NCBI GenBank assembly: GCA_965249325.1
Contig: CBDFLP010000012.1
Location: 73,555-137,554, forward strand
Length of the DNA stretch: 64,000 nucleotides
Source: Dehalococcoidia bacterium
GTDB taxonomy: Bacteria > Chloroflexota > Dehalococcoidia > Lucifugimonadales > Australimonadaceae
Direction of reading: 5' to 3'
Positions 10,622 through 20,205 of the stretch are shown piece by piece (within the stretch, counting starts at the first letter, position 1; every line of letters begins with the position of its first letter). The position numbers and the translations under genes are program-made. Under the pieces are notes generated by a model. It saw nothing but the letters and a program-made list of their open reading frames with translations. It ran no database searches and was not told the DNA's origin.

Positions 10622-13072
10622 CTACTCGAATACACCCTCATCCACGAGGGCGCGGTACTCGTCGGGGGGCATGCCGAGGATTTCGCGCATGATTTGCTCG
10701 GTGTGCTCGCCTAGGAGGGGGGAGGGGCGGTACTCGGGCCGCGCTTCCGAAAGGGCGAAGCAGTTGGCGTCCGAGGCGTAGCGGCCCATGTCGGCATGGT
10801 CCATGAAGACGAAGTGGCCTCGGCTTTGGTGCTGAGGGTCGGTGAAGAGGTCGCGGGAGTCGCGGACGGCGCCGGCAGGGACTCCCGCAGCCTGGCAGCG
10901 GCGCATGACTTCGTCGGGGGAGAGGGCGGACGTCCACGACTCAATCGCGTCGTCGAGCTCGGCCTCGCGCGCTTTGCGGCCTTCGAAGCGGGCGAACTGG
11001 GGGTCGGCGCCGAGGGCGGGACGGCCAATGAGGCCAGCGAGTGCTTGCCACTGCGCGTCGTTCTCGCAGGCGATGGCGCACCAACGGTCGTCGCCCGCGC
11101 ATCGGTATATGGCGTGGGGGGCCATCGTAGAGTCACGGTTGCCGTCGCGTTGCTGGACTCGTTGGTTGGCGGTGTAGTCGAGAATGGGAGGGCCGGCGAA
11201 GTAGAGGGCCGCCTCCAACTGGGAGAGGTCGAGGTGCTGGCCTCGCCCCGTGCGCCGCTTGTGATCGAGCGCGGCGGCGACGGCGGAGAAGGCGATGTGA
11301 GGGATGAGGAAGTCAGTGTAGGCGCCGTAAGGGCTGACGGGCACCCGGTCGGGCCAGCCGGTGAAGTTGGTGTGACCGGAGAGGGCGGTGAGCACCGGCC
11401 CGAAGCCAGGTTGAGAGTCGTGGGGGCCGCCGCGCCCGAGCATGGACGCGCTGAACATCACGACGCCCGGATTCCCTTTGCTAATCTCATCGTAGCCGAG
11501 GCCCCACTTCTCCATGGTGCCTGGCGTGAAGTTTTCGGTGACGACGTCCGCCCACTCCGTGGCGAGGCGGAAGGCCAGCTTCCGAGCCCGCTCGTCGGCC
11601 ATGTTCAGGCCGAGGCCAAGCTTGCCGCTGTTGTAGTTCGCCCAGTAGCCGCTGCGGTTGAGGCCGGGCTTGCCTTCGGCGAAGGGCAAGCCGTGGCGGA
11701 TGACGTCCGGGCGCAGCGAGGACTCGACTCGCAGCACCGTCGCGCCGAAGTCGCTGAAATAGCGGGTAGTCATCGGCCCAATGACGACCCAACAGAAGTC
11801 CAGGACCCGCAGGCCCTCGAAGGGTCCGCTCATGCGGCCACTCCTGACGCTCGCAGGGCGCGAATCTCGTTCGGCGACGTCCGCCGGCGCCGGCAAGCCG
11901 GCGGCGGCGAGCGCCTCGTCGGTATGCTCGCCAAGCCGGGGCGCGCGGCGCAGTTCGATGGGCCGCTCGCTAGACCTGATCCACGGGCCAAGGTTCGTCA
12001 GCGCGCCGCCGTCCGGCGCCTCCGTCTCGCGGAAGAAGCCGCGGGCCGCGAGCTGGGGGTACGAGCAGATGTCCGCGGGGTCGTTCACGGGGAAGAGGAG
12101 CACGCGGCGCGCGATGGCTTGCTCGGATAGGTAGCGTTTCGTCCGGGGCTTGAAGAAGGCTTCGAGGGTGACGCTCATGGCGTCGAGGACTTCGTCCGGG
12201 AGCTGGCCGAAGCCGTAGGCCCCGAAGTCCGTGTCGCGCAGAAGGGGATGGCCTTCGCCCTCCTCATCCATCCATGAGCTTAGGGACGCCATCGCGCGTC
12301 CGCCGGTCGCGCCGCCGGGCTGGATGTAGTTCACGTAGCCGTCGGCGCACTCGAAGTTCACCCTGAGCGCGCGGCCGTTGCCGATGGGGCGGAAGGGCCC
12401 CGAGCGCTGGAGGATGATCTGGTTCATGTCCCAGAACTGGGGGGCGTGGGAGAGGGTGCGAGTCAGGGCCTGCTGGCATGAGACGTCGACGCGCTGGCCA
12501 CGGCCCGTGCGGAGGCGGTCCGCATGCGCGACCATGGAGCCCGCCGCGCCCGCAGCGGCGCCGAGCGTCCAGAACTGGGGCACACTGACGCGCAGGGGAG
12601 GCCGGTCCGCGTCGCCGGTGAGGTAGGCGAACCCGCTCAGCGCCGAGCCGGTCAGATCGGTGGCGAGGAAATCTCGGTAGGGTCCGTCCTGACCAAAGGG
12701 CGTAATGGAGACGTAGATCAGCCGTGGATTGAGGCGGCGGAGGTCGTCGAAGCCGAGTCCGATGGCGTCGAGGTAGCCTGGCCTGAACGATTCGACGAGG
12801 AAGTCGGCGGTCGCGACGAGCCGGAGCACCGCAGCCCTTCCTGCAGGCTGCTCAATGTCGAGCGCGGCGCTCTTCTTATTGGCAGCGTAGAGCTGCCAAT
12901 AGAGGCTGTTCTCGATGCCCGGCTCGTCTTTGTAGAACGGGCCGACGCGCCTGGCGGGGTCTCCGGCGGGAGGCTCAATCTTGATGACCTCCGCGCCGAG
13001 GTCGGCGAGCACTCTTCCGCAGAATATGCCCCGCTCGTCGGCGAGGTCGATGACGCGATAGGGAGAGAGCAA
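10622..13072 (-). CDS. Tandem two-domain CoA-transferase family III (CaiB/BaiF)
   Basis: Two CaiB units: LSPYRVIDL...LADLGAEVIKIEPPAGD and FEGLRVLDF...FGATVLRVES. Start inferred at a TTG after GGGGGA. Confidence 0.88.
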   Translation of the reverse strand: MLSPYRVIDLADERGIFCGRVLADLGAEVIKIEPPAGDPARRVGPFYKDEPGIENSLYWQLYAANKKSAALDIEQPAGRAAVLRLVATADFLVESFRPGYLDAIGLGFDDLRRLNPRLIYVSITPFGQDGPYRDFLATDLTGSALSGFAYLTGDADRPPLRVSVPQFWTLGAAAGAAGSMVAHADRLRTGRGQRVDVSCQQALTRTLSHAPQFWDMNQIILQRSGPFRPIGNGRALRVNFECADGYVNYIQPGGATGGRAMASLSSWMDEEGEGHPLLRDTDFGAYGFGQLPDEVLDAMSVTLEAFFKPRTKRYLSEQAIARRVLLFPVNDPADICSYPQLAARGFFRETEAPDGGALTNLGPWIRSSERPIELRRAPRLGEHTDEALAAAGLPAPADVAERDSRPASVRSGRMSGPFEGLRVLDFCWVVIGPMTTRYFSDFGATVLRVESSLRPDVIRHGLPFAEGKPGLNRSGYWANYNSGKLGLGLNMADERARKLAFRLATEWADVVTENFTPGTMEKWGLGYDEISKGNPGVVMFSASMLGRGGPHDSQPGFGPVLTALSGHTNFTGWPDRVPVSPYGAYTDFLIPHIAFSAVAAALDHKRRTGRGQHLDLSQLEAALYFAGPPILDYTANQRVQQRDGNRDSTMAPHAIYRCAGDDRWCAIACENDAQWQALAGLIGRPALGADPQFARFEGRKAREAELDDAIESWTSALSPDEVMRRCQAAGVPAGAVRDSRDLFTDPQHQSRGHFVFMDHADMGRYASDANCFALSEARPEYRPSPLLGEHTEQIMREILGMPPDEYRALVDEGVFE

Positions 13073-13088
13073 GTGAGGCGTCCCCCGG

Positions 13089-14192
13089 CTAGAGGTCGAG
13101 GGCCTTGGCGATCTGACGCCGGTGGGATCGGGGGCTGCCGAGATGGCCGTAGAGCGTGCGCGACATCTTGGTGTGGAGCGTGAGGCCGTACTCGCGCACA
13201 ATCCCGACGCCCGCGTGAACGTCGTGGGCGGCGTTGCAGGCGAGGTAATACCCCTCGCTCGCCAGAGCGGCGGCCATGTGGACACTCGCCTCGGCCGTCC
13301 GGCCGGTGTCGAGCTTCCAGAGGGCTTCGTTGGTAGCCCACCGGGCGGCGTCGAGATGGTTGATGATGTCGATGATGTGGTCCTGCACGCGCTGGAAGCG
13401 GCCAATGGGCTGCTGGAACTGGCGGCGCGTTTGGCTGTAGGCGAGGCACATCTCGAAGACGCGGTCGAGCCCGCCCACCTGGTAGGCGCTGAGCACGGCG
13501 GTGGCCTGAAGCAAGGCGCGGTCGAAAGCACGCGAGCCGTCGGAACCGCCATCGAGCACGGCGTGGTCGTCGACGGGAACGTTGTCAAGCCGTAGCTCGC
13601 CTAGGCCGGTCGCCATGCCGGAAACGGTCCTCGCGGAGACGCCAGGCGCGTCGGCCGGGATGATCGCGAGGCCGACGCCAGGGCCGTCACTCGTTCTGGC
13701 CGCGACTAAGAAGTGGGTTGCGGTATCGGCGTCCAACACGTTCAGACTCACGCCGCTGAGCTTACCGTCGACGGCGTCGAAATCGACGAGGGCGGTATCC
13801 CAGCCGCAGCCGGGGCCGGTGATTGCAGCAACAAACGTCTCCCTGCCTTCAGCGATTGCCGGCAGGTGGGCCGCCTTCTGCTCGTCGCTGCCCCCTTCCA
13901 AGAGCGCGAGCGCGGTGAGCACCCCGGACGAGAAGGCGGGACCAGGCACGGGGCCCTTGCCCAGTTCTTCGAATACGACGCCGGCGTCGGAGAACGTCCC
14001 GCCAACTCCTCCGTACTCCTCGGGTATGAGGCTCCCGAGGAGGCCGGTGGATGCGATAGCGCTCCAACGGGAGCCGACGTTGTCCGCGCCCGCATCGAAC
14101 GCGGCGAGCACGTTCTTGGGGAGGTCGCGACGCAGTAGGTCCTGGACGGTGGCCTGCAGCATGCGCTGTTGCTCGTTTAGGAGGAGGTCCAT
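13089..14192 (-). CDS. Acyl-CoA dehydrogenase, short partner subunit
   Basis: MDLLLNEQQ start, IPEEYGGVGG, RRQFQQPIGRFQ and HAGVG motifs. Confidence 0.88.
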   Translation of the reverse strand: MDLLLNEQQRMLQATVQDLLRRDLPKNVLAAFDAGADNVGSRWSAIASTGLLGSLIPEEYGGVGGTFSDAGVVFEELGKGPVPGPAFSSGVLTALALLEGGSDEQKAAHLPAIAEGRETFVAAITGPGCGWDTALVDFDAVDGKLSGVSLNVLDADTATHFLVAARTSDGPGVGLAIIPADAPGVSARTVSGMATGLGELRLDNVPVDDHAVLDGGSDGSRAFDRALLQATAVLSAYQVGGLDRVFEMCLAYSQTRRQFQQPIGRFQRVQDHIIDIINHLDAARWATNEALWKLDTGRTAEASVHMAAALASEGYYLACNAAHDVHAGVGIVREYGLTLHTKMSRTLYGHLGSPRSHRRQIAKALDL

Positions 14193-14197
14193 CGCCG

Positions 14198-15433
14198 TTA
14201 GCGGAGCTTTCCCGGTTCTTCGCGGGCGTCGCGGCCGATGCCCAGGCGGCGCGCGATGATGACGCGCTGAATCTCGGCGGTGCCGCCGGGGTGCTGGTCG
14301 ACGATCGATGCGCGCTGGTGCGCCTCGATATGGCCGTCCGCTACCGCCCACTCGTCGGGCTCGGCGACCAGCGCCTGCGGCCCCATGATGTCGAGCACAG
14401 CGCGGGCTTTCGTGAGCTGGCCGCGCTTCTGGTAAAGGTAGGCTTGGGGCCCCTCGTAGGTGAGCTGCTTGCCCTGGCCCCGCCAGGCGTAGTTTCTGAA
14501 ATGCAGCAGCCGCGTGACCTCCGAGTCGATGTAGAAGTCGACGAGACGGTCCTGCACGTCCGGGTCGTCCGCGAGGCGCACGCCCCCGCGCTTCGTCGTC
14601 CGCGCGTACTCGAATATGCGCTCGGTCAGCGGGTCCTCGCGCACTGCGCTGCGCAGCAACCCGTGCTCGATTTCGAGGTGCGTTCCGGCGACCTTCCAGC
14701 CGTTGTTCTCGCCGCCGATGAGGTTGAAGGCGGGCACGCGGACGTTGTCGAAGAAGATGGTGTTCTTCACGCCGCTGGCGGCGCCGCGCTCGCCGCCCAC
14801 GAAGAGCAGGTCCATCGGCTCGACGGTGATTCCGGGCAAGTCCATGGGAATCATGAGCCAGCCGAGGTTGTTGTGGCGATCGCCGCTGGGATCCGTGACT
14901 ACGATTGTCCACGAGTATTCCGCGCCATGGTTGCTTCCCACGAATATCTTCGTGCCGTTGACGACGTACTCGTCGCCGTCGCGGGCGGCGGTGGTCTTGA
15001 CGCTGGCGAGGTCGGAGCCGGACTCGGGCTCGGTGAGCAGCTGCCAGGTTCGTACCTCGCCACGCAGAATCCTGGGGAGGAAGTGGGCCTTCTGGTCGTC
15101 GTCGCCCCAAACGAGGATGGCCATGGAGCCGAGCTTGCCGCCGGTGTCGTAGTAGGGGGGCAACGGCAGGTTGTAGGCGTCGAGCTCTTCCTCCAGAATC
15201 ATGGCCAGTTCCATGGAAAGGCCGCCCCCGCCGCACTCGGCGGGCATGGCGGGGTAGAGCCAACCCTTGGCGCCGAGCCTGCGTCCGAAATCGCGCTGCT
15301 GCTCGTACTCGGAGCGCGTCAGCTTGGCGGGGTCGGCGTGGTCGGGTATGCGAGGGACGTTGGCTTCGAGCCAGGACTTGACCTCCTTGCGGAAGGTCTC
15401 CTGCTCAGGCGTCCATGCGAGTTCGAAGTCCAT
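14198..15433 (-). CDS. Acyl-CoA dehydrogenase
   Basis: LTEPESGSDLAS, NGTKIF, FFDNVRVP and GGTAEIQR motifs. Confidence 0.92.
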   Translation of the reverse strand: MDFELAWTPEQETFRKEVKSWLEANVPRIPDHADPAKLTRSEYEQQRDFGRRLGAKGWLYPAMPAECGGGGLSMELAMILEEELDAYNLPLPPYYDTGGKLGSMAILVWGDDDQKAHFLPRILRGEVRTWQLLTEPESGSDLASVKTTAARDGDEYVVNGTKIFVGSNHGAEYSWTIVVTDPSGDRHNNLGWLMIPMDLPGITVEPMDLLFVGGERGAASGVKNTIFFDNVRVPAFNLIGGENNGWKVAGTHLEIEHGLLRSAVREDPLTERIFEYARTTKRGGVRLADDPDVQDRLVDFYIDSEVTRLLHFRNYAWRGQGKQLTYEGPQAYLYQKRGQLTKARAVLDIMGPQALVAEPDEWAVADGHIEAHQRASIVDQHPGGTAEIQRVIIARRLGIGRDAREEPGKLR

Positions 15434-15497
15434 GGTGGCGGATGTTACCGGATAGCGGGGCGCCGTGCGTGAGGGTAGCGTGGCCTCCCGGCTTCGC

Positions 15498-18400
15498 TCA
15501 CAACGTGATTTTCTTGTACAGCTGGGGGAGGCGGCGGGGGAGCTCGAGGATGTCGGGGAGGACTTCGTAGTTCAGGTCGCCGGTCATGGTGCGGAGGTAG
15601 TCGTGGCCGTTACGGTCGACGGTGAGGCAGAAGGGCGTGATGTCGTACTTGCGGGCCTCCATCAGCGCCATGCGGGTGTCCTGGACCGCGTATTCCTTCT
15701 CGACGCCCTCGCGAGAGTACCCGCGGTCTTGGGGACGGCCGTCGCTGATGACGAACATGAATTTCGTCTTGGCGTCGATAGCAGCGAGCTTGGTCGTCGC
15801 GTGGCGGATGGCGGGGCCCATGCGGGTAGCGTGGAGGGGGGCGACTTTGTCGAGGCGGCGCTTCACGCGGTCGGTGAGGTGCTCCTCGACCTCCTTGATG
15901 ACGTAGAACTCGACATTCTCGCGGCCGAAGCCGGAGAAGCCGTAGACGCCGTAGCGGTCGCCGATAGTCTCCAAAGCGTTCATGAGGAGGACCATCGACT
16001 CCTTCTCCACGTCGATGATGCGCTTGTAGGGGCGTCGGGCCGTCTCGCCGCGGCGGGCGCGCAGCCAGGCGGTGTAGGCGACGGGATCGCCCGGCGCGTT
16101 CCAGTCGGCGTCTCTGGAGCTTTCCTCCACGGCCTCGGCGGTCGACGCGCTCATATCGAGGAGAAAGACGACGCCGACATCGCGCTCGTCCTTGTTGCGG
16201 CGCCAGTAGATGCGCTCGTCCGGGGTCATGCGGTTTCGGAGGTCGATCAGCGCTTCGATGCCGGCGTCGATGTCGATGTCCTCGCCCTCCGGAAGACGCT
16301 TGACCTTGCGGTACATCTCCGGTCGGACCGATTCGAACTGGCGCTTGATTTGGTCCACGAGTCCGGCGTAGGAGTGCAAGGTATCGGCGTAGAACCCGGG
16401 CTCGCCTGCCACGGCGATGCGCTCCTGCACAATGCACCAGCGGGGGCGGTAATCATTGGCCCGGAAGTCCCATTCGTCGTAGGCATAGGAGCGGGGCTCG
16501 CGTGGTTCGAGCGGGCCGCCGTCCTCATCAACGTGGGGGATCTGGTTGTAGCCGGAACCCGCGGGGTTCTGGGGGGCGTCCGCGCCCATCTCCTTCATCA
16601 TGTTCGCGGCGACGGTCGTTACTTCGGCGTCGTCGCCTAAGTCGACTTCCGTCGAGTCTCGCAGGGCCTGTTCGAGCTCGGCCTGCGAGATGCCCTGAGC
16701 GCCCTCGGCGCCTTCGTCGTCGCCAGGTTCCGCTTGACCGCGCATCTGTGCGAGGAGCTGGACCATCTCCGGCTTGAAGTCTCCCCGGTACTCGACGTCC
16801 TCGGGGGACTCGTAGTCGTCGCCGGCGGCCTCTTCCTCCATCTGTTCGGCCTCGGCGCGCAGGCGGTCGATGATTTCCTGGAGCTCAGGCTCTTCGTACC
16901 GGGCGCGGGTGAGGTCGACCTCTTCCCAATCGTCGAGGGGCACGAGCTCGTTTGGCACGTGGGAGAGGGCGTAGTACATCCGCAGCGCCGCTTCCGAGGA
17001 GTCTTCGACGCTGGTGTCGCGGTTCTGGACGGTCTTGAGGAGTCCCGCGAGCTGCTCGGCGTGCCGGACGTATTTCGTGGGCACGCGGGCGTTCGACGTC
17101 TGATACAGGCTGAGACGGATGAGCATCTCGACCAGCGACTGCTGGGCCGGCATCATCTCGATTGGCCCGCGGTTCGCGAGGGCCTCGCTCTGCACCTGGG
17201 AGTAGTCTTGAGCTAGGCCGCGGTACTGGGTCGTCAACTGGTGGTCGACGCGGGCGTCCTCGACGATCGAGAAGACGTCGGCGGCCATGGCGCGTACAGG
17301 AAACAGGTCGAAGAAGGAGGCTATGTCTGTAGAGCCGGGCTCCGCGTTGAGGGCCTCGGCCAGCCCTTCGCGGTAGTCGCTGAAGCTGTTAGAGGGCGCG
17401 TGGAAGTCGAACTTGAAGCTCTCGAACTCCAAGTGTCCCACCTGGTGAGTTGTGACGACCTTCAGCCAGGCGAAGTTTCCTTTCTTGGTGTCGCGTAGGT
17501 CCACCATTGCCGGGAGGAATACGCTCTTGCCGTCCGTGGTGGCGAGCTCGACGGAAACCCAGCCGATGTTCCGGTGGGTGATGTCGTCCGCAGGTTGGAG
17601 CTCGACTTCGGTCCCGGCCAGGGCATTGGCGTACATGCGGAGCAGGCCATGGACCTTCTCCAGCTCAATGCTGGAAGACAGCTGGTCGATGAGGGTTTCC
17701 GCGCGGGCGGACTCCAGCTTGAAGTAGGCGACTCCGCCGTCGGGATTATCACGCAGGTACTCGACGCCACGGCCGAACCAGGTGTCGAGCTGGGCAGGGC
17801 TGATGCGATCAAGGACCTGGGGAGCAGTGCGGAGGAAGGCGCTGACTGCCTCGGCCGACGTATCGGCAAGGTCTTCCGCGCGCTCCAAGACGATCATCTG
17901 CTGGTCTTGGGGGAGTCTCGCGAGGGACTGGGCGCTCTCCACCATGAAACTCGACACGTTGCCGAGTCCCTGGCGGGCGAGCCTCTCCGCTAGTGCGAAG
18001 TAGCGGGGCCGGAGGCGACGGTCCAAGCTGGCGCCGACGCGGGTGGCCGCTTCGAACGAGCCGCGCACCTCGCGCCAGCTCGTCTCCGCGAGCACCGTCG
18101 CCAGCGATATCAGCTCCTCGCGCTCGCTGACGGCAGGGAGCACCCGCTGTCCGAGGACGAGGGCCTCAGCCGCGAGGTCGTAGGAGCGGTTCGCCAGGGT
18201 CTGCACGAGCGAGACGAACAGCTGCATCTCATGGAAGCTGACTTGCTGGACGAGGTCGTCGCTGACGTCGAAGAACCGGGCTGCGAGGCTGGACGACTTC
18301 CATGTGCCCTTCGACAGCCCGCGTCCCAGCGCGGCCCACCCTGCGATGTGCCTCGGCGCTAGCGTCGGAAGGACCCGCGGGCTCGCGCGGAAGTAGGACG

Positions 18401-18692
18401 CCGCTATGACCGGCGCGTCGACAGTAAGCTCGATGCCGCTCTCGACCCAGCGCTCCAGTTGTGGAAAACCGATGACCTGCACGACGGCCGGCGACGCCTT
18501 GAAGTACTCGGCTGCGGCCTCCCAAGCGCGGGGGCCCTGCTGAGCGATGCGGACGCCCTCCTGCGCCCAGCGAAGGGCTGGCGCGGGACCGACGACGGCG
18601 GCCACGGACTCGACCGCAGCCTCATAGGCGGATATGAGCGCCGAGGGGTGCTTTTTCATCTCTTCGATGACGTTGTCGTGCTCGTTGGTCAC
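15498..18692 (-). CDS. NorD/CbbO-like VWA domain protein with long N-terminal helical-repeat extension
   Basis: YDEWDF, MIDAS LLDMSAS, TRMGPAIRHA and SDGRPQD motifs typical of the NorD/CbbO C-terminus. Confidence 0.88.
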   Translation of the reverse strand: MTNEHDNVIEEMKKHPSALISAYEAAVESVAAVVGPAPALRWAQEGVRIAQQGPRAWEAAAEYFKASPAVVQVIGFPQLERWVESGIELTVDAPVIAASYFRASPRVLPTLAPRHIAGWAALGRGLSKGTWKSSSLAARFFDVSDDLVQQVSFHEMQLFVSLVQTLANRSYDLAAEALVLGQRVLPAVSEREELISLATVLAETSWREVRGSFEAATRVGASLDRRLRPRYFALAERLARQGLGNVSSFMVESAQSLARLPQDQQMIVLERAEDLADTSAEAVSAFLRTAPQVLDRISPAQLDTWFGRGVEYLRDNPDGGVAYFKLESARAETLIDQLSSSIELEKVHGLLRMYANALAGTEVELQPADDITHRNIGWVSVELATTDGKSVFLPAMVDLRDTKKGNFAWLKVVTTHQVGHLEFESFKFDFHAPSNSFSDYREGLAEALNAEPGSTDIASFFDLFPVRAMAADVFSIVEDARVDHQLTTQYRGLAQDYSQVQSEALANRGPIEMMPAQQSLVEMLIRLSLYQTSNARVPTKYVRHAEQLAGLLKTVQNRDTSVEDSSEAALRMYYALSHVPNELVPLDDWEEVDLTRARYEEPELQEIIDRLRAEAEQMEEEAAGDDYESPEDVEYRGDFKPEMVQLLAQMRGQAEPGDDEGAEGAQGISQAELEQALRDSTEVDLGDDAEVTTVAANMMKEMGADAPQNPAGSGYNQIPHVDEDGGPLEPREPRSYAYDEWDFRANDYRPRWCIVQERIAVAGEPGFYADTLHSYAGLVDQIKRQFESVRPEMYRKVKRLPEGEDIDIDAGIEALIDLRNRMTPDERIYWRRNKDERDVGVVFLLDMSASTAEAVEESSRDADWNAPGDPVAYTAWLRARRGETARRPYKRIIDVEKESMVLLMNALETIGDRYGVYGFSGFGRENVEFYVIKEVEEHLTDRVKRRLDKVAPLHATRMGPAIRHATTKLAAIDAKTKFMFVISDGRPQDRGYSREGVEKEYAVQDTRMALMEARKYDITPFCLTVDRNGHDYLRTMTGDLNYEVLPDILELPRRLPQLYKKITL

Positions 18693-19324
18693 ACCCGCTC
18701 CTTGTCGCCACGCAGGCCGTTAGCTCGCGTTAGTCCCTGCGCAATCTCCACCAACTGAGTGAGTATCCAAGCGGTTGCTCCGAACACTAAGTGTTCGTTG
18801 TGAGCATATGCGACTCGCTCGACAAGCTGGCCGCCGGGGCCCAACCGGGCCTCACGCCGGACCGCGGACTCGCTCAAGAGATAAGTTAGGGGTATCTCGA
18901 TAACCTCTGCGACTTCCCCTTCATCCACCGTGTACGCGTAAGGGTGAGGAACAACGCCAACGGACGGCCAGACGATGTAGTTCGTACGCGTCATGATGGG
19001 GTCCAGCGGGCCGAGCACGTCCACGTCGCCTGGACTGATCCCCATCTCCTCCCAGGTCTCGCGGAGGGCGCAGGCGAGCATGTCCCGATCGGCCGGTTCC
19101 AGCTTTCCGCCGGGAAAGGCAATCTCGCCTTGATGGAGCCCGACGTGCTGCGAGCGGACGTTCAGGATCACGTGCCAATCGCCGTCGTGATACTGGAGTG
19201 GAACGAGGACGGCCGCCGGGCGGGCTCCGTCGACGGGGTCGAACGAGGGCTCCCGGCCTGCCAAGGCTTGCCGGATGGCCTCGATCAACGCGGACGCCTC
19301 CGCTGGGATAGTGGTGGTCTGCAA
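18689..19324 (-). CDS. Nudix hydrolase, CoA pyrophosphatase (NudL/PCD1) type
   Basis: AAVLVPL, HQGEIAFPGGK, Nudix box ALRETWEEMG and VFGATA. Start is approximate. Confidence 0.88.
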   Translation of the reverse strand: MQTTTIPAEASALIEAIRQALAGREPSFDPVDGARPAAVLVPLQYHDGDWHVILNVRSQHVGLHQGEIAFPGGKLEPADRDMLACALRETWEEMGISPGDVDVLGPLDPIMTRTNYIVWPSVGVVPHPYAYTVDEGEVAEVIEIPLTYLLSESAVRREARLGPGGQLVERVAYAHNEHLVFGATAWILTQLVEIAQGLTRANGLRGDKERV

Positions 19325-19335
19325 CAGGTCGTTCC

Positions 19336-20205
19336 CTAGGGGAAGATCGAGGTAACGATCTCCATCACGCTTGCCTGGATGTCGTGGTCGTCGGTGAGGC
19401 CCCACACCACGGCAACCTCGCAGGACCGCCGGGGCGATATGCCTTGCTCCATGAGCTTGCCGGCGTAGATGAGCAGGCGCGTGCTGACGCCTTCCTGCAG
19501 ACCTTGACCTACGAGATTACGAATCTTCTCGCCGAGTAGGGCGAGCTGCTGCGCAGTCACCCGGTCCACGCCGCTCTCGTGCTCGATGATGGGGCCTTCC
19601 AAGTCCCTAGGTGGGAAGTCGAACTCGATAGCTACAAACCGCTGGCGGGTCGAGTGCTTCAGGTCCTTCAGGGCGCTCTGGTAGCCTGGGTTGTAGGAGA
19701 TGACGAGGAGGAAGTTCGGGTGAGCTCCCAAGACCTCGCCGATCTTCTCAATGTGCAGCAGTCGACGGTGGTCGGATAGCGGGTGGATGAGGACGGTGGT
19801 GTCCTTCCGCGCTTCGACGACCTCGTCCAGGTAGCAGATGCCGCCGTGCTTGACCGCCCGCGTGAGGGGCCCGTCGATCCAGCGGGTGCCGTCCGGCTCC
19901 AGGAGGTAGCGTCCGACGAGGTCGCTGGCAGTGAGGTCTTCGTGGCAGGCGACCGTGACCAGCGGGGATACCTGATGCCCCCGGCCATCGCGTTTCCGGG
20001 CGTCGTTCAGGCTCCAGGACATGTATTCGACGAACCGGGTCTTGCCTGAGCCGGTGGGTCCCTTGAGGAGGATAGGGACGCGCTGGGCGTACGCCGCCTC
20101 GAAGATGTCGACTTCGTCGGCGACAGGCAGGTAGAACGGCTCCTCCTCGATGAAGTATTCCTCAATGCTGTGTTGCTGATAAAGCTGGCTAGTCTGCTCT
20201 GCCAT
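19336..20205 (-). CDS. CbbQ/NirQ/NorQ family AAA+ ATPase (MoxR group)
   Basis: GPTGSGKTRFVE, CHEDLTASDLVGRY, YLDEVVEARKD and SYNPGYQ...KDLKHSTRQRF motifs. Confidence 0.93.
   Translation of the reverse strand: MAEQTSQLYQQHSIEEYFIEEEPFYLPVADEVDIFEAAYAQRVPILLKGPTGSGKTRFVEYMSWSLNDARKRDGRGHQVSPLVTVACHEDLTASDLVGRYLLEPDGTRWIDGPLTRAVKHGGICYLDEVVEARKDTTVLIHPLSDHRRLLHIEKIGEVLGAHPNFLLVISYNPGYQSALKDLKHSTRQRFVAIEFDFPPRDLEGPIIEHESGVDRVTAQQLALLGEKIRNLVGQGLQEGVSTRLLIYAGKLMEQGISPRRSCEVAVVWGLTDDHDIQASVMEIVTSIFP

Noticed and set aside
15498-20205. Calvin cycle or denitrification inferred from cbbQ/norD-like genes
   Set aside because: There are no rbcL/rbcS or norCB genes in the window, and family membership alone does not identify the client.
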